Shown here piece after piece: positions 63,101 through 64,000 of a stretch of 64,000 nucleotides of DNA. Each line of letters opens with the position of its first letter. The stretch's first letter is position 1. The translations under genes were made by a program, and so were the position numbers. Source of the stretch: Isurus oxyrinchus (taxonomy: Eukaryota). The notes beneath the pieces are model-generated. The model was not told the DNA's origin. It worked only from the letters and a program-made list of their open reading frames with translations, and did no database searches. The stretch covers positions 172,174,001 to 172,238,000 of the forward strand of contig JANJGN010000004.1 in the NCBI GenBank assembly GCA_026770705.1. The letters run 5' to 3'.

Positions 63101-64000
63101 ATGCTCAAAGTTATATCTGACGGCCAGGTGTAGACAGTGATATAGAAAAAATGCTTAAACACCGCCTCCAGTGTCAGCAACAGCATAAGTTGCCAGTTTC
63201 AGCTCCACTGCATCCGTGGGAGCGGCCTGGTCGACCCTGGGCTAGGCTACATATAGGCTGTGCAAGTCCATTTCTAGGTACCATGTTTCTTGTGATCAAT
63301 GATGCACAAAATGGATGGACGTGTATGAAGTGAGGTCATCTACATCATGTGCAACCATTGAAAAGCTACACCAAAGTTTCAGTGTACTTGGTCTACCTGA
63401 AGTTAATGTGTCAGATAATAGTACTGCTTTCACGAGTACTGAATTCCAAAGATTTGTGAATCTAAATGGGATCAAACACGTTGGAACAGCACCATATCGT
63501 CCCTCATCCCATGGGTTAGCAGAAAGAGCAGTACAAATCGTTGAAACAGGCATGAAGAAACTATCCAAGGGAACGTTAGAAACACAAATTTCAAGATTCT
63601 ATTCAGCTATCGCACAACTCCTCATACGACCACAGGTTCAACACCCTCTGAATTGTTAATGAAGAGACAGTTTTGTACAGGATTCTGTCAAATATTTCCT
63701 AATTTAGAGAGGAAGGTGGAGAAAAACCAGAGTAGAAAGAAAGTGAATCATGATGTTCACAGTAAAGGTCAAGAACTTACTGTGGGAGAGACGGTTTTTA
63801 TACAAAATTTTGCAACAGGACCAAGATGGTTTCCTGCTACAATCGCCTCTGAAACAGGACCTTAATCTTGTCAGGCTGAAGTGGAAAACAGGATTGTTAG
63901 GAAATACGTGGATCATCTCAGAAGTTGAGACCCACTCCAACAATCAGTTACTCCACCCGAAATCAAAGTCAAAACTTTGATCCCTGAAGTGCCAGTTCGT
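59945..64000 (+). mobile_element. Ty3/Gypsy LTR retrotransposon (Mag-like), decayed gag-pol, 3' end beyond the window
   Basis: Two zinc knuckles CYCCGGNH....C and CHYCQKKGH....C; protease VDTGAS; RT YRDDILI; RNase H TCDASPYGVG and SQIEKE; integrase PWARLHI, SDN, HGLAERAVQ, in PR-RT-RH-IN order. Confidence 0.95.

Noticed and set aside
1-64000. CRISPR array, rRNA, or prokaryotic/viral operon-like system
   Set aside because: No regularly spaced repeats or dense intact ORFs; the content is vertebrate transposon-derived

Overview
Repeat-dominated, apparently non-genic (intergenic or deep intronic) vertebrate DNA. The repeat repertoire points to a cartilaginous fish (shark-like); this is inferred from repeat families recognised by eye, not from a database search. 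I found no convincing host protein-coding exon, and every recognisable ORF is a decayed transposon product. Contents: many CR1 LINE pieces; a second APE-RT LINE family with a conserved 3' stem-loop shared with a tRNA-derived SINE; DeuSINE-like SINEs; RTE and L2-like remnants; Penelope-like elements (GIY-YIG remnant and pseudo-LTRs with minimal hammerhead ribozyme motifs); several PIF/Harbinger transposons (one near full-length with spliced Myb/SANT gene plus transposase, two Myb-only derivatives, MITEs); and a Mag-type Gypsy LTR element running off the right end. The most notable structures are a TSD-bounded Penelope insertion that carries a 218-bp copy of nearby genomic DNA between inverted ends, a Penelope fold-back palindrome with A6U-variant hammerhead cores, a Harbinger MITE built as a chain of about 8 hairpins, an unexplained ~285-bp-arm inverted repeat, and a repeat-free island with a PBX-HOX plus MEIS motif pair. 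Coordinates of degraded elements are approximate.
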